DNA from: an uncultured cyanobacterium
GTDB lineage: Bacteria; Cyanobacteriota; Cyanobacteriia; CAKZMO01
Length of the DNA: 64,000 nt
Assembly: GCA_963719515.1 (NCBI GenBank)
Contig: CAVRCJ010000010.1
Location: forward strand, 840,778 to 904,777
Direction of reading: 5' to 3'
In this document: positions 39,761-51,845 of the stretch, piece by piece
How the letters are laid out: the number at the start of each line of letters is the position of its first letter
Position numbering within the stretch: position 1 is the first letter of the stretch
Made by a program: the position numbers and the translations under genes
Notes under the pieces: generated by a model
What the model was told of the DNA's origin: nothing
Databases searched by the model: none
The model's input: only the letters and a program-made list of their open reading frames with translations

Positions 39761-41044
39761 CTAGTCGGGCTGTAGTGCCTTGTCCGTTGCGGGGTCAAAC
39801 AGATGAATATGCGCAGGGTCGAGGGATAGCCACACCCTGTCGCCCGCTGCCGTCTGCTGCGTCGGCGAGAGGCGAGCCTGCAGATGCTCAGGGACATCAG
39901 CAGGGACGTCTACCAGCTGGCCCATAACCTGGGTATCGCTTCCCAAGGTCTCCACTCGCTCGATGCGCAGGCAGAGGTTTTTGGGGGCCGGGGGGGAAAG
40001 GCTGAGGTGCTCGGGGCGGATGCCCAGCCAAACCGACGCGCCGTCATAGGGGGCAAGGGCTGACTGCCACCGCTCAGGAAGCGTCAGGCGGAAAGCGGGG
40101 TGGGTGATCAGCAAAGGGCTATGCACCTGCACCCGGAGAAAGTTCATGGGAAGGGTGCCAATGAACTGCGCCACGAATCGATTGGCGGGATGGTGATAGA
40201 GCGCCAGCGGCTTGGCTACCTGCTGAATCTGACCTTGATGCATGACCGCAATGCGATCGCCCATGGTCATCGCTTCGGTCTGGTCGTGGGTGACGTAGAG
40301 GGTAGTGGTGCCCAATTGATGCTGCAGGTCTGAGATTTGGCCCCTCGTCTCGGTACGCAGCTTGGCGTCCAGATTGGACAAAGGCTCATCCATTAAAAAC
40401 ACTTTTGGGTTGCGGGCGATCGCCCGCCCTAGCGCCACCCGCTGTTTTTGGCCGCCGGAGAGCTGACGCGGCAGACGGGAGAGTAGGGGGTCGATCTGCA
40501 GCATGCGGGCCACCTCCCGCACCCGCTGGCGGATGTCGGCTTCGCGATCGCTCGAATAGTGCCAGCGGGGGGGCAGCGCCCGAGACAGTCGCCCGGTAAC
40601 TTGCTGCCACCGGCTGGCGGACGAGAGCCTATCATCTCCCATGCGCCGCAGCCCAAAGGCGAGATTGTCGTACACGCTCATGTGGGGGTAGAGGGCGTAG
40701 CTCTGGAATACCATAGCCACGTCCCGCTGTTTGGGGGGCAGATGGTTTACTTTGCGATCGCCCACCCAAATGTCTCCCGCCGTCAGAGGTTCTAGCCCCG
40801 CAATCAGCCGCAGCAGGGTGCTCTTGCCGCAGCCGGAGGGGCCGACCAGGGCTAGAAACTCCCCCGAGTTGACGGTGAGGCTGATGTCGCGCAGCACGGA
40901 CACGGCGGCTTGAGAGGCCGCTGGGGCGTCGCCCAGACCGGGCCGCGCGGGCTTTGACGCAAGCGCCGGAGCAGGATTAGCCGGTGGGTCAGCCTGCCGC
41001 TGAGGAAACTGTTTGTAAACGTGGTCTAGAGTAACGTGGGCCAC
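39761..41044 (-). CDS. Sugar/osmolyte ABC transporter ATPase (MalK/GgtA-like)
   Basis: [32 protein letters not shown]. Confidence 0.9.
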   Translation of the reverse strand: MAHVTLDHVYKQFPQRQADPPANPAPALASKPARPGLGDAPAASQAAVSVLRDISLTVNSGEFLALVGPSGCGKSTLLRLIAGLEPLTAGDIWVGDRKVNHLPPKQRDVAMVFQSYALYPHMSVYDNLAFGLRRMGDDRLSSASRWQQVTGRLSRALPPRWHYSSDREADIRQRVREVARMLQIDPLLSRLPRQLSGGQKQRVALGRAIARNPKVFLMDEPLSNLDAKLRTETRGQISDLQHQLGTTTLYVTHDQTEAMTMGDRIAVMHQGQIQQVAKPLALYHHPANRFVAQFIGTLPMNFLRVQVHSPLLITHPAFRLTLPERWQSALAPYDGASVWLGIRPEHLSLSPPAPKNLCLRIERVETLGSDTQVMGQLVDVPADVPEHLQARLSPTQQTAAGDRVWLSLDPAHIHLFDPATDKALQPD

Positions 41045-41093
41045 AGCGCGCCTTGAGCAGTAACGGACCTGGATCTGGACCTAAATTCGGGGG

Positions 41094-42473
41094 CTAGTCG
41101 CTTTTGAGCCGCCACCCCGGTTTCACCGACTGACGGGCGCGGGCGATGACCAGAGCATCGTCCGGCACATCTTCAGTGACCGTCGATCCCGCCGCCACCG
41201 TCACGTCTGCCCCCAGGTTCAAGGGAGCAACCAAAACGCTATTGGAGCCGGTTTTGCTGCGATCGCCGATAGTCGTGGGGTGCTTGTTGACGCCGTCGTA
41301 GTTGGCGGTAATCGTTCCCGCGCCGATGTTCACCCGCTCGCCCAGGGTGGCGTCACCTAAATAGGACAGGTGGGCCACGTTGGTGTTGTCCCCAAGGGTC
41401 GACTGCTTTAGCTCTACAAAGTTACCCACGCGGCAGCTCTCGCCGACTTGGGCCTGTCCTCGCAGGTGGGCGTAGGGGCCAACGCGGCTGCGGGCCTGAA
41501 CGGTGCTGTCCCGAATGACGGAGTATAGGGCGGTGACGTCTTCCCCAATCTCGCTATTCTCGATCAAACACCCCGGTCCAATGCGGCTACCGGCTTTAAT
41601 GACGGTGGTGCCCCGCAGATGGGTTTGAGGCTCGATAATGACGTCGGGCTCGATGTGGACCGCGTTGTCGATAGTGATGCTGTTGGGGTCTATCAGGGTC
41701 ACGCCCGCCCGCATCCAATGCTCACGCAGGCGGGTTTGGAGAATGTCGTAGGCGGTGGCGAGCTGGACGCGATCGTTAATGCCCAAAATTTCGCCAGGAT
41801 CCTCGACATCCACCGCCATCACCGGGGCCATCATACTAATGACGTCGGTGAGGTAGTACTCCTGTTGGTCATTGTTGGTCTGCAGCTTGGGGAGCACCGC
41901 CATCAGGGTCTCCCAGCGAAAGCAGTAGACCCCAGCGTTGATGCGCGGGTTTTGCCGCTGAGCTTTAGTACAGTCGCGGTGCTCAATAATCTGGGTCACC
42001 ACGTTTTGACCGTCGCAGAACACGCGGCCATAGCCCTGGGGATTGGAAAGCTGCGCGGTGAGGAGGGTGGCTTCGTTTTTTTGGCTTTGGTGAATGTCGA
42101 GTAGCCGCTGCAGGGTTTCGGCGCGCAAAAGGGGCACATCGCCGTTGAGCACCAGCAGGTCTCCGGTAAAATCCTGCAGGTGGGGAATCAGCTGCTGAGC
42201 GGCGTGGCCGGTGCCCAGCTGTTCTGTCTGCTCCACAAATTCTATTGCGGGCTCCGAACCATTGGCCTGCTCTGACGCGCTGGCCGTTAGCGATCGCCGC
42301 ACTTGCTCTTTCTCATATCCCACAATCACGAGCCGCCGCTCGGGAGCCAGCGGGCTGAGGCTCAACAGCACGTTCTCGACCAGCGATCGCCCCCCCAGCT
42401 CATGTAAGACTTTGGGCAGTCGAGATTTCATTCGCGTGCCGCGTCCGGCTGCCAAAATTGCTACTGCTACCAT
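41094..42473 (-). CDS. glmU: Bifunctional GlmU
   Basis: [11 protein letters not shown], hexapeptide repeats, NYDG. Confidence 0.97.
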   Translation of the reverse strand: MVAVAILAAGRGTRMKSRLPKVLHELGGRSLVENVLLSLSPLAPERRLVIVGYEKEQVRRSLTASASEQANGSEPAIEFVEQTEQLGTGHAAQQLIPHLQDFTGDLLVLNGDVPLLRAETLQRLLDIHQSQKNEATLLTAQLSNPQGYGRVFCDGQNVVTQIIEHRDCTKAQRQNPRINAGVYCFRWETLMAVLPKLQTNNDQQEYYLTDVISMMAPVMAVDVEDPGEILGINDRVQLATAYDILQTRLREHWMRAGVTLIDPNSITIDNAVHIEPDVIIEPQTHLRGTTVIKAGSRIGPGCLIENSEIGEDVTALYSVIRDSTVQARSRVGPYAHLRGQAQVGESCRVGNFVELKQSTLGDNTNVAHLSYLGDATLGERVNIGAGTITANYDGVNKHPTTIGDRSKTGSNSVLVAPLNLGADVTVAAGSTVTEDVPDDALVIARARQSVKPGWRLKSD

Positions 42474-42636
42474 AGTTGGGCAAGACTAATTTCTTTGAAT
42501 CTCAAGGGTTCCCTAAATTGCAGTTGGCTTGAGTTCTGGATTTCTGGATTTAGAGATCTCAAGCAGACGCCAAAGCAGGGGTTAGGCTATAGCCACGGCT
42601 ACCATACTACTATTAGGGGCAGCACGGTAAGAGTGA

Positions 42637-43659
42637 ATGCAATTTATTGACCAGGCGACGGTAGGTGTTCGGGCAGGTGACGGCGGCGACGGGCTGGTCG
42701 CTTTCCGACGAGAAAAGTTCGTGCCGGCCGGCGGGCCGGCGGGGGGCAACGGCGGCCCCGGCGGCTCAATTATCCTCAAGGCTTCCAACCAGCTCCAGAC
42801 CCTGCTGGACTTCAAGTACAACCACCAGTTTCTCGCCAAAAACGGCGTGCGGGGCGGCAACAGCAACAAGACGGGAGCCTCAGGAGAGGACCGGGTCATT
42901 GAGGTGCCCTGCGGGACGGTAGTCTACAACGATGAGACCGGCGAGGTGCTGGGAGATCTTGTTGAGCCAGGGGAAACGCTCTGCGTTGCTCAAGGCGGCA
43001 AAGGGGGCCTGGGAAATCGGCATTTTCTCAGCAACCGCAACCGCGCTCCGGAGCATGCGCTGCCGGGACTACCGGGGGAAGCGCGCACCATTCGCCTAGA
43101 GCTGAAGCTGCTGGCGGAAGTGGGCATCATTGGGCTCCCCAACGCCGGAAAGTCCACCCTGATTTCCGCGCTCTCCTCCGCCCGACCCAAGGTGGCCGAC
43201 TACCCCTTCACGACCTTGATCCCCAACTTGGGGGTCGTTCGCAAGCCCTCTGGCGACGGCACCGTCTTTGCCGACATTCCTGGCTTAATTGAGGGGGCTC
43301 ACCAAGGCAGCGGCTTAGGGCATGAATTTCTACGCCACATTGAGCGTACCCGGCTGCTGCTGCACCTCGTCGATGGCACCGAGCCCGACCCCACCGAGGC
43401 CTATCGGACCATCCAGGCCGAGCTGCAGGCCTATGGCCAAGGGCTAGCGGCGCGGCCTCAAATCTTGGCCCTCAATAAAATTGATGCCCTCCCTGAAGAA
43501 GAGGTTGGCGAAAAGGCCGCTGCTCTCCAACAGCTCAGCGGCGAGGCTGTACATGTGGTTTCGGCGGTGTCCCGCGCGGGGCTAGAGCCGATGCTGAACG
43601 AGATTTGGCAGCGGCTCGACCAGATGGACCGGGAGCAGGAAACTGCTAACCCGATCTAG
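42637..43659 (+). CDS. obgE: GTPase ObgE
   Basis: [31 protein letters not shown]. Confidence 0.97.
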   Translation: MQFIDQATVGVRAGDGGDGLVAFRREKFVPAGGPAGGNGGPGGSIILKASNQLQTLLDFKYNHQFLAKNGVRGGNSNKTGASGEDRVIEVPCGTVVYNDETGEVLGDLVEPGETLCVAQGGKGGLGNRHFLSNRNRAPEHALPGLPGEARTIRLELKLLAEVGIIGLPNAGKSTLISALSSARPKVADYPFTTLIPNLGVVRKPSGDGTVFADIPGLIEGAHQGSGLGHEFLRHIERTRLLLHLVDGTEPDPTEAYRTIQAELQAYGQGLAARPQILALNKIDALPEEEVGEKAAALQQLSGEAVHVVSAVSRAGLEPMLNEIWQRLDQMDREQETANPI

Positions 43660-43665
43660 CTCTCG

Positions 43666-45822
43666 CTAACGGGAGGGGCGATCGCCAGCAGGGGTGGGTT
43701 GGGGGGCAAGTCGCCCCGCGCTCGGCTTGGCGGCGGGGATGACGGTTTGCAGGGCAGCGGTGCGGCCCTTAGCGTAGTTGATGCTGTAGCTGCGAACCAG
43801 TAGCCCAAAGTAAAGTCTTGGAAAAACGGCCTCTAATCTAGGTTGGACTCTGGCAACTAGGCCCGGCACCCAGGCAAACAGGCCGCTGAGCAGCGCGTCT
43901 AGGGTAAAGCTGAGATAGCTGCCACTCCACCGCAGAAAATCTTTGGGGCCCGCCAGCTGCCAAATCCAGCCAATGAGGGCCGGGTTGCGCCAAGCCGCTT
44001 TGAGGGCCATCCGGTTAAAGGTCACCCACCCGGCCCGATCTTTGATAAAGTCGTCGGCGACTTGGCTGGACTCGCTAGCCAAGATGCCAAAAAAGGTGTT
44101 AAGCATTGCGTTAATCCGCTCGGGGGGAATGAATTTGCCCGTCGGCACCATCATTCCTTTCGAGAAGAGCCAGGTTACAGCGACGTTGCTTTGAAACGAG
44201 CGAATCTGATTGAGGTGACGAGCCTGCAGCAGATCGTGGCGCAGAGCGACGTCAAGCAGGTGAGTCAGGCGCGGCAGATTGCGCACCAGAGATCCAAAGC
44301 CAGTGAACACTAGGGGCGACTGCAGCGAGGCGGCGTCGCCAATGGCAACCAGGCGATCGTAGGCCACCTGGCGATCGCTGGCCCGGACGCTAAAGTGGCC
44401 AGGAATATAGCCAAACGTGGGCTTACGCCAGGTCAGCTCCTCCATATCGCAGCGGCGGTACTCAGGCAGGATGGTGAAAAAGTCCTCGTACATCTCCAGC
44501 AGCGACCCCGGATTGCGGGGATCAACCTGGTGGTAGTGGAACAGATAGAAGGTCAGCTCGCCGTTTTCGCCGGGAAACAGCTCCCAGATGAGCTGCCGCC
44601 CTCGTGAGATATCACCGTGGCTGTTGAGCACATCCCCGAAGCGGCTATCCCACACCGCTTTGTCAAACCCGCTTGAGATGATGCCGCCCACCGTCGGACA
44701 GACGCTATCGAAAGCCCGCCCCCCATTGAGCTGCCAGGCAATGGGAGAAGCGGTGCCCATGGCATCGACCAGAAGGCGCGATCGCCATCGGGCTGTGGTG
44801 TTGGTGGGCAGGTGCGTTGTTTCTAGGGTGACGCCCTCAGCGTCAATGGCCGCCTGCACAAACTCGGTCTGGTCTTCAATGCGCCCGCCTGCAGCCCGCA
44901 AGATGTCGCCGCATCGCGCCAGCAGCGCGTCTGACTTGAGGGCGATATTGAGCACGGTTGGGGTGTGCAGGACGGAGGCTCTGGCCTGGGGCGGGTTGTT
45001 GGCGTCGAAAAACTTGTGAAACCCATCGACATACTCGCAGGCAATCAGCTCATCCACCTCGGCGGCGCTCAGCAGCTCCAGGTCGACCAGGGTCTGCAGC
45101 TCGTCGCGAGAAATATTCCACTCGCGGTTCATTCGGCCAAAGGGCAGGCGCTCCAGCAGCAGCACCCGGTACCCGAGTTTGGCCATTAGGGCGGCGTGAA
45201 TGACCCCGAGAGCCCCCCCCACGTAGGCCAAATCGTAAGTCTCTCCCTCAGGTTCTATGCCGCCACTATTCACTTCGCCAGAACGACCAGGCGAACGACT
45301 GGGCAGCGGCCCTGGGACAATCACCTGACGCGGAGCTTTGGGCGATCGCACACCCTCTCTCCAGCGCCGCTCCCACCAGTAGGCCCGCGTCAGATCGCGC
45401 TCCCCCTGAGGCATTTTGCGAAAGTAATGCACCGTTTTAGGGTATTTCGCTGACAAAGCGTCAAAAATAGACTGCTGGTCTAGGTCGATGGGCGCCAATT
45501 CGGGATACTGGTTGGGAAAAGCCCGACGAATATCGGCTTCGAGCTGATTGACGATTGCTTTTTCCTCCAGCAGGGCTGAGCCCCAGCGAAAGGCCTTTAG
45601 GTAGGTTGTTCGCTGAAGCGACCAAACAAACAGCGTCAGTCGGGCAGGCGAAGTCATCTGCCCAGCCGAGCTATCCGCCTGGGAAGACTGAATGATGCAG
45701 CCCTCTGTCGCCGACAGCTTGCGCCCTGCAACTGGCTGAAACTGCTGCTGCAACCAGTCTCGTACGGCGTCGGTGTCTGGGGTGGGCACCTCTATATATA
45801 AGAGCTCTAGAATATCAGCCAT
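43666..45822 (-). CDS. cruA: CruA/CruP-type FAD-dependent lycopene cyclase (likely CruA)
   Basis: REWNISR, DAMGTASP, IGDAASLQSPLVFTGFG; long N-terminal extension. Confidence 0.7.
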   Translation of the reverse strand: MADILELLYIEVPTPDTDAVRDWLQQQFQPVAGRKLSATEGCIIQSSQADSSAGQMTSPARLTLFVWSLQRTTYLKAFRWGSALLEEKAIVNQLEADIRRAFPNQYPELAPIDLDQQSIFDALSAKYPKTVHYFRKMPQGERDLTRAYWWERRWREGVRSPKAPRQVIVPGPLPSRSPGRSGEVNSGGIEPEGETYDLAYVGGALGVIHAALMAKLGYRVLLLERLPFGRMNREWNISRDELQTLVDLELLSAAEVDELIACEYVDGFHKFFDANNPPQARASVLHTPTVLNIALKSDALLARCGDILRAAGGRIEDQTEFVQAAIDAEGVTLETTHLPTNTTARWRSRLLVDAMGTASPIAWQLNGGRAFDSVCPTVGGIISSGFDKAVWDSRFGDVLNSHGDISRGRQLIWELFPGENGELTFYLFHYHQVDPRNPGSLLEMYEDFFTILPEYRRCDMEELTWRKPTFGYIPGHFSVRASDRQVAYDRLVAIGDAASLQSPLVFTGFGSLVRNLPRLTHLLDVALRHDLLQARHLNQIRSFQSNVAVTWLFSKGMMVPTGKFIPPERINAMLNTFFGILASESSQVADDFIKDRAGWVTFNRMALKAAWRNPALIGWIWQLAGPKDFLRWSGSYLSFTLDALLSGLFAWVPGLVARVQPRLEAVFPRLYFGLLVRSYSINYAKGRTAALQTVIPAAKPSAGRLAPQPTPAGDRPSR

Positions 45823-46153
45823 ATCTCTCAGACAAAGGGTAGCGGTTTCAGCGTGGGCGTGACTCTGAGCTAAAGTGTATACGAATTTACGACATGCCCC
45901 GTAGCCGAGGTAAACGACCTATCAAAGGCAGCTTTGGACAAAGTTAGTTTTGAATAGGGCTTGGCATAAAGCGGTTGCCTACAGTATTATGATAGACCGT
46001 GGGTTAGAAAAATACTGTAGGCTTTGGCGTTAGTACGCTTTGAGGGTATTCCGAGAAGAATCCTGATATAAGGTGCGGCTTACGCCTCAGGCACGGCTCT
46101 AAACACGTTCGCGGTTTGGTCGCGAAGTAGACGCGGATCTTACGAGGCTGGTC

Positions 46154-46516
46154 ATGAATGCACAAGAAATTATTCGGTCAATTGAGTCCACTCATATAAA
46201 GTCCGATTTGCCCACTATTCACGTGGGTGACACGATCCGAGTTGGTGTTCGCATCAGCGAGGGCGGAAAAGAGCGCATACAGCCTTACGAAGGCACCGTG
46301 ATTGCAATGCGTAATGGCGGGATCAGCGAGACGATTACGGTTCGCCGCGTTTTTCAGGGCGTAGGCGTTGAGCGGGTATTCTTGCTGCACTCGCCGAAAA
46401 TCGCCAACATCAAAATCCTGCGGCGCGGTAAGGCTCGCCGGGCTAAGCTCTACTATCTGCGCGATCGTGTGGGTAAGGCAACTCGCCTGAAGCAGCGATT
46501 CGATCGGGCGCTTTAG
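46154..46516 (+). CDS. rplS: 50S ribosomal protein L19
   Basis: [17 protein letters not shown]. Confidence 0.98.
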   Translation: MNAQEIIRSIESTHIKSDLPTIHVGDTIRVGVRISEGGKERIQPYEGTVIAMRNGGISETITVRRVFQGVGVERVFLLHSPKIANIKILRRGKARRAKLYYLRDRVGKATRLKQRFDRAL

Positions 46517-46662
46517 GGCCACAGCAGTACTCTTTTGAGGGGGTCTGTAGGTTTACAATCTGGTTTGCTGACCAAGTCTTAGTGCTCAGCTTCGCCTGAA
46601 ATGATATATTCTATGAGGCGGGGTGCCGTGAAGTTTCCGCCATGCCACCCACAAGTCTGTAT

Positions 46663-46735
46663 GCGTCCTTAGTTCAGTTGGTAGAACGCAGGTCTCCAAA
46701 ACCTGATGTCGAGGGTTCGAGTCCTTCAGGGCGCG
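46663..46735 (+). tRNA. trnW: tRNA-Trp (CCA)
   Basis: GCGTCCT/AGGGCGC acceptor stem; anticodon arm CAGGT-CTCCAAA-ACCTG; GGTTCGAGTCC T-arm. Confidence 0.97.
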
Positions 46736-46855
46736 CTCATTTCTTGGAAGTGGCTGAGCACAGGTAACTGAAAGAGTATTGCTCACGGGGCTCCGCTAGT
46801 CGCTACAGCATCGAAACGCAACATCGTACAAGCTAACGTTAAGGAATTTAGGGCT

Positions 46856-47104
46856 GTGGCAAAGAAGAAGGAGACAACTGCTAAGGACAGCAAGAAAAAA
46901 GAGGCAGAGTCCAAAGAGTCTTCTGGCTTTCAAGCAGCAGAGTTTATTCAAGGAACTCGCGAAGAGCTAGGTAAAGTAGTTTGGCCAAGTCGCCAGCAGC
47001 TAATCAGTGAGTCGATTGCCGTAGTTCTGATGGTGACGCTCTCCGCAACGGTTATCTATCTGATTGATGCGCTGTTTGGTTGGGCTGCAAGGCAGGTGTT
47101 CTAA
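46856..47104 (+). CDS. secE: Preprotein translocase SecE
   Basis: ELGKVVWPSR + TM helix; synteny. Confidence 0.95.
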   Translation: MAKKKETTAKDSKKKEAESKESSGFQAAEFIQGTREELGKVVWPSRQQLISESIAVVLMVTLSATVIYLIDALFGWAARQVF

Positions 47105-47106
47105 AC

Positions 47107-47739
47107 ATGGCTTCATTTGACGAGACCGAGCTTGAGTCTGAAATCGAAGTGCCTGAAGGCGAAGGGCGCGACAAGGTCCCCGCCCGTTGGTATGCTATCC
47201 AGGTCGCCTCGGGCTGCGAGCGGCGAGTAAAGATGAGCCTCGAGCAGCGCATTGAGACCATGGAAGTCGCCGATCGAATTCTAGAGATCGAGATTCCCCA
47301 AACTCACATTCTCAAGCCCCAGAAAAGCGGTAAGCCCAAGGAGATTTCCGAGAAGGTATTTCCGGGCTATGTTTTGCTGCGCATGAAAATGGATGACGAC
47401 GTTTGGCAGGTGGTCAAAAGCACCCCCAACGTCATCAACTTTGTCGGCGCAGAGCAGCGGCGGCGCTATGGTCGGGGACGCGGCCACGTTAAGCCCATGC
47501 CGCTCAGCCGAGGGGAAATTGAGCGCATCTTTAAGCAGTCTGAAGAACAAAAGGCTGTGGTCAAAGTTGACATGGCCGAGGGCGATAAGATATTAGTCCT
47601 CTCTGGGCCGTTCAAGGACTTTGAGGGTGAGGTGATTGAGGTCAGCCCAGAGCGCAGCAAGCTGAAGGCGCTGCTGTCGATCTTTGGCCGCGACACCCCC
47701 GTAGAACTAGAGTTTAACCAGGTTGAAAAGCAGAATTAG
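47107..47739 (+). CDS. nusG: Transcription factor NusG
   Basis: [32 protein letters not shown]. Confidence 0.97.
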   Translation: MASFDETELESEIEVPEGEGRDKVPARWYAIQVASGCERRVKMSLEQRIETMEVADRILEIEIPQTHILKPQKSGKPKEISEKVFPGYVLLRMKMDDDVWQVVKSTPNVINFVGAEQRRRYGRGRGHVKPMPLSRGEIERIFKQSEEQKAVVKVDMAEGDKILVLSGPFKDFEGEVIEVSPERSKLKALLSIFGRDTPVELEFNQVEKQN

Positions 47740-47741
47740 CG

Positions 47742-48167
47742 ATGCCGAAAAAAGTTGTTTCTATCATTAAGCTGGCGATTCCTGCTGGAAAAGCCAACCC
47801 TGCGCCGCCCATCGGGCCAGCGCTAGGTCAGCATGGCGTGAACATTATGGCGTTTTGCAAAGAGTACAACGCCCGGACGTCCGATCAAGTCGGCCTTGTG
47901 GTGCCGGTCGAGATCTCGGTGTTTGAGGACAGAAGCTTCACCTTCATCCTTAAGACCCCTCCGGCGTCTGTTTTGATCAAAAAAGCCATGGGAGTTGAGA
48001 AAGGATCGGGAACGCCTAACACCGTCAAGGTGGGCTCCTTGACCCGCGCTCAGCTCCAGGAGATCGCGCAAACCAAAATGCCTGACCTCAACGCCAACGA
48101 CATCGAAGCTGCGATGCGTATTGTGGAAGGCACAGCGCGCAACATGGGCGTGACCATATCGGATTAG
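47742..48167 (+). CDS. rplK: 50S ribosomal protein L11
   Basis: [15 protein letters not shown]. Confidence 0.98.
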   Translation: MPKKVVSIIKLAIPAGKANPAPPIGPALGQHGVNIMAFCKEYNARTSDQVGLVVPVEISVFEDRSFTFILKTPPASVLIKKAMGVEKGSGTPNTVKVGSLTRAQLQEIAQTKMPDLNANDIEAAMRIVEGTARNMGVTISD

Positions 48168-48295
48168 CTGAGGCACGGCGCACCCTGCTCCAATCAGGGC
48201 ATTGCCGTTTTGCCTGAAACGCGCTAATGTAGAAGACTGTGACTTTTAGATGGGGGAGAGGCTAACGGCTTCGTCTGCACCCCAAGGAGAAACCT

Positions 48296-49015
48296 ATGAC
48301 CAAGGCGCGATCGCGTCGATTTCAGGCGCTAGCAACCAAGGTTCAAGAGAGAGCCTACGAGCCTATTGAGGCGCTAGCCCTGCTGCGGGAAACGGCAACC
48401 GCCAAGTTTCCTGAGTCTGCTGAGGCCCATATTCGCCTCGGCATCGATCCCAAGTACACCGACCAACAGCTGCGGACCACCGTCGTCCTTCCGCAAGGAA
48501 CCGGCCAGGCTGTTCGAATTGCGGTGATTGCCCGGGGCGAGAAAGTAGCGGAGGCCAATGAGGCTGGCGCTGACTTAGTTGGCTCGGAAGAGCTGATTGC
48601 GGAAATCCAGAAAGAAGAGATGCTGGATTTTGACGTTCTTATCGCCACCCCAGACATGATGCCCCAGGTGGCAAAGCTAGGCCGACTGTTGGGTCCACGT
48701 GGCCTAATGCCTTCTCCCAAGGGCGGCACCGTCACCTTCGACCTGCCTCAAGCGATTAACGAGTTCAAGGCGGGTAAGCTTGAATTTCGCGCCGACCGCA
48801 CCGGCATCGTTCACGTGCTGTTTGGCAAAGCCACGTTTCCAGCTGAGGATCTGTTGACTAACCTCAAAGCGCTGCAGGAAACCATCGATCGCAACCGCCC
48901 CTCAGGCGCGAAGGGTCGATACTGGCGGAGCGTTTACGTCTCTGCTACCATGGGTCCTGCCATCCAGGTAGACGTCAGCGCCTTGCGAGATATGAAGATG
49001 GACGAGGCGGCTTAG
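48296..49015 (+). CDS. rplA: 50S ribosomal protein L1
   Basis: [14 protein letters not shown]. Confidence 0.98.
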   Translation: MTKARSRRFQALATKVQERAYEPIEALALLRETATAKFPESAEAHIRLGIDPKYTDQQLRTTVVLPQGTGQAVRIAVIARGEKVAEANEAGADLVGSEELIAEIQKEEMLDFDVLIATPDMMPQVAKLGRLLGPRGLMPSPKGGTVTFDLPQAINEFKAGKLEFRADRTGIVHVLFGKATFPAEDLLTNLKALQETIDRNRPSGAKGRYWRSVYVSATMGPAIQVDVSALRDMKMDEAA

Positions 49016-49149
49016 ACTGGCTATGGCTAGTTTGAGCCACGGGGGCTAAGCCTTTGACAGGCGAGAATTAGTCCGTCTACCTCAAATCTGTTCAGGTTTC
49101 AAATTGTAGCGGAGTCAAACCATCGGCCATAAGGTCTCCAACTAAATAG

Positions 49150-49315
49150 CGACGCCGAAGACAGCAGGTCATCCGTAATTCCTGCCTAGGTTTGTTGAGG
49201 TTTTCCGTAGCGCTCAAACGCTGCGATCGCCATTGGCTTGTCCCCACAGGCCAAGGCAGACATCAACCCTAGGCAACCCCTGCATCCCGGCTCCCATAGT
49301 CGGGATTTTTTGTGG
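49150..49315 (+). promoter_or_regulatory. Putative L10 leader (boundaries approximate)
   Basis: CCGAAGACAGCAGG...CCTGCC stem upstream of rplJ, followed by a hairpin and T-run. Confidence 0.6.
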
Positions 49316-49386
49316 CCGATGATGCGCTACAAGCTTTGATTCTCAAAGCGTGAACATGTAACCCCAAAACAAGGAGGTGAAGTTGA

Positions 49387-49956
49387 ATGGGGAGAACCCT
49401 AGAGGACAAAAAAGCGATCGTTGCGGATCTCAAAGAGACCCTCAGCGACGTGCAGTTAGCCCTAGTCATCGACTACAAAGGGCTGTCAGTTTCTGAAATC
49501 ACTGACCTGCGCGGTCGCCTACGAGAGAGCGGAGCCGTCTGCAAAATCACCAAAAATACGCTCATGCGGATTGCGGTGGAAGGCGACAGCGCCTGGGAAC
49601 CGATGACGGAGTTCCTAAAAGAGTCGTCGGCGTTTCTTCTTCTTAAAGATGATCTGGGTAAAGGCATCAAAGCCTACCAGGCCTTTCAGAAGGACACCAA
49701 AAAGACGGAGCTGCGCGGCGGCGTCATGGAAGGCCAGACGCTCAGTGAAGATGACGTCAAAGCCATTACTGAGCTACCGACGAAGGAAGAGCTTATCGCC
49801 CGCATCGCTGGTGCGATCAACTCGATTCCAACCAAGCTGGCCGTGGGCACCAAAGCGGTACCGACCAAGCTGGCCGTGGGCGTTCGAGAAGTGCCTGCGT
49901 CTCTGGCGCGTGCGCTCCAGGCCGTGGCGACCAAGGACGATGCCGACGCGGCGTAA
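49387..49956 (+). CDS. rplJ: 50S ribosomal protein L10
   Basis: [15 protein letters not shown]. Confidence 0.97.
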   Translation: MGRTLEDKKAIVADLKETLSDVQLALVIDYKGLSVSEITDLRGRLRESGAVCKITKNTLMRIAVEGDSAWEPMTEFLKESSAFLLLKDDLGKGIKAYQAFQKDTKKTELRGGVMEGQTLSEDDVKAITELPTKEELIARIAGAINSIPTKLAVGTKAVPTKLAVGVREVPASLARALQAVATKDDADAA

Positions 49957-50025
49957 AGCCTGTCGTCGTATCGGATCACTGTTTTACCAATTGTTTACAC
50001 CCTATCTATTACCGAGAGGAACGTT

Positions 50026-50430
50026 ATGTCTGAAGCTACCGATCAGATTCTAGAGCAGCTCAAGTCCATCTCTCTGCTAGAGGCTTCTGAGCTCGTCAAG
50101 CAGATTGAAGAAGCCTTTGGCGTCGATGCCTCTGCCTCCGCCGGCGGCGGCATGATGATGATGGCTCCTGGTGCTGGCGCTGGCGCTGCTGCTCCGGCAG
50201 AAGAAGTCGAAGAGAAGACTGAATTCGACGTGGTGCTGGAAGAGGTCCCATCCGATAAGAAGATCGCTATTCTCAAGGTGGTCCGCTCCCTCACCGGTCT
50301 GGGCCTAAAAGAAGCCAAGGACATGGTGGAGTCTACGCCTAAGGCAATCAAAGAAGCGGTTGCCAAAGATGCAGCTGAAGAAGCCAAGAAGTCGCTGGAA
50401 GATGCTGGGGCGAAGGTCTCGGTTAAGTAG
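50026..50430 (+). CDS. rplL: 50S ribosomal protein L7/L12
   Basis: [17 protein letters not shown]. Confidence 0.98.
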   Translation: MSEATDQILEQLKSISLLEASELVKQIEEAFGVDASASAGGGMMMMAPGAGAGAAAPAEEVEEKTEFDVVLEEVPSDKKIAILKVVRSLTGLGLKEAKDMVESTPKAIKEAVAKDAAEEAKKSLEDAGAKVSVK

Positions 50431-50516
50431 TGAACTTCTGGCATCGATGCCTGATTAGCGAGCTGACCCGCACAAGCAGCTGTTTGCTCTAAGCTCAGTT
50501 GGGCGGGTCAATTAGG

Positions 50517-50586
50517 AAAAAGCGATCGCTGAGCCGAAGGATTTTACCGCTGCGTAAACCTCTGAAGCTCTGGCGATCGCTTTTTT
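50517..50586. terminator. Putative bidirectional terminator closed by HIP1 sites
   Basis: AAAAAGCGATCGC...GCGATCGCTTTTTT between convergent genes. Confidence 0.55.
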
Positions 50587-50638
50587 GTGGAAAGGCAAAG
50601 TCTGTCTGTGCGAAGTCGAGACCCACTTCAAGCAAGCT

Positions 50639-51331
50639 CTAAATCCAGTGGCTCAGCTGCCAAGCGGCGATCGCACTCCCCAAAGGTACCGTCAGGTTGT
50701 CGACACCCAAAATCGACACGGCCTCCAGCACCGTTGCCAGCACCGCGATCGCCACCGCCGTCAGCCCAGCCGACCCAGCATCCCCCAGCGCGGCCCACAG
50801 CACCCCGCCGCTCACCAGGCCGCTCACTAGCGCCATCGCCGTCGAGCCTTCCCAGCTCTTCTTCATTCCCAAAAACTCGTAAGGGTGGGCCCCAAATCGC
50901 TGTCCCACCAGGGCCGCCATCCCGTCCCCCCAAGCCATCACCAGCACCCCCAGCGCCGCATACTCCGGGTGCCCCAACGGCCAAAACACCGCAATCAGCA
51001 GGCCAATGCTGAGGGAATAAAAGCAGGTGCCAAAGCTGCGGCGACCGACGCTGTTAATCGCGGGCAGCACCGGACGCCAGTAAGACAGCAGCGTTACGCC
51101 ACTCGCAAGGATAGAGGCGCTGACGCCAATCCAGGCAGGAATGTTGAGCCACCAGGCCAGCAGAATTACGTTGCCCGTGCCGATATGCACCACCTTGCGG
51201 ACTGCCTCCGAGCTGCGATCGCTCCGGTGGGCCCAGATAGCGATCGACGCCACCAGCCCCAGCCAGACTGCCATCGGCAAGAGCCTAACGTAGAGCGGAC
51301 CCAAGGCAACATCCACAGCCGTCACTCCCAT
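50639..51331 (-). CDS. Phytol/polyprenol kinase family
   Basis: RKVVHIG, WGDGMAALVG, KSWEGS, DNLTVP. Confidence 0.88.
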   Translation of the reverse strand: MGVTAVDVALGPLYVRLLPMAVWLGLVASIAIWAHRSDRSSEAVRKVVHIGTGNVILLAWWLNIPAWIGVSASILASGVTLLSYWRPVLPAINSVGRRSFGTCFYSLSIGLLIAVFWPLGHPEYAALGVLVMAWGDGMAALVGQRFGAHPYEFLGMKKSWEGSTAMALVSGLVSGGVLWAALGDAGSAGLTAVAIAVLATVLEAVSILGVDNLTVPLGSAIAAWQLSHWI

Positions 51332-51338
51332 AAACTCG

Positions 51339-51722
51339 CTAGTCAGACGCCTGTCCGGTTCGTCGCCCTAGCTCGTAGATACCGCAGGCCATAGCGGCCA
51401 GGATGCCTGTACTAATGCCCCAGCTGCGGCCTAGGCCAACGTCGATCAAATAGTTGAGCAGGCCGCCCGCAATTAGAAACGGTACAATGCTCAGCAAAGA
51501 CGCCAGAAAAGCATTTTGAGATTCCCACCCCTTGCGGGCCTTTTCCATTTCTTCCGGCGAGGTATAGAGAAACTGCTCAGCAAAGTTGAACCAGCGGTTA
51601 AGCTGCAGCGTCACCCAATCCCCAACAGGCGATAGCCCTAGGTAGAGCGCCAAGGACCAAAGCGACGCACCGGCTAGAGCAACGCGATCAATTGAAATGC
51701 GGAATGGGACCCAATCGAACAT
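51339..51722 (-). CDS. Hypothetical membrane protein
   Basis: Hydrophobic ORF ending in YELGR, closely upstream of the kinase gene. Confidence 0.7.
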   Translation of the reverse strand: MFDWVPFRISIDRVALAGASLWSLALYLGLSPVGDWVTLQLNRWFNFAEQFLYTSPEEMEKARKGWESQNAFLASLLSIVPFLIAGGLLNYLIDVGLGRSWGISTGILAAMACGIYELGRRTGQASD

Positions 51723-51845
51723 AGGATGTGGCAAAACCCGCTGATTTGTTTAATTATGCTAATCTAAATCCGCCAGTTTTGGCGGGGTTGACAGAAGAGG
51801 GCCACATGAAGCCCTACGCCAATAGAGGCGGTCGGTGTGTTTTAG

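Noticed and set aside
46663..46860. Integration at tRNA-Trp
   Set aside because: Normal rplS-trnW-secE-nusG order; no integrase or duplicated tRNA 3' end seen.
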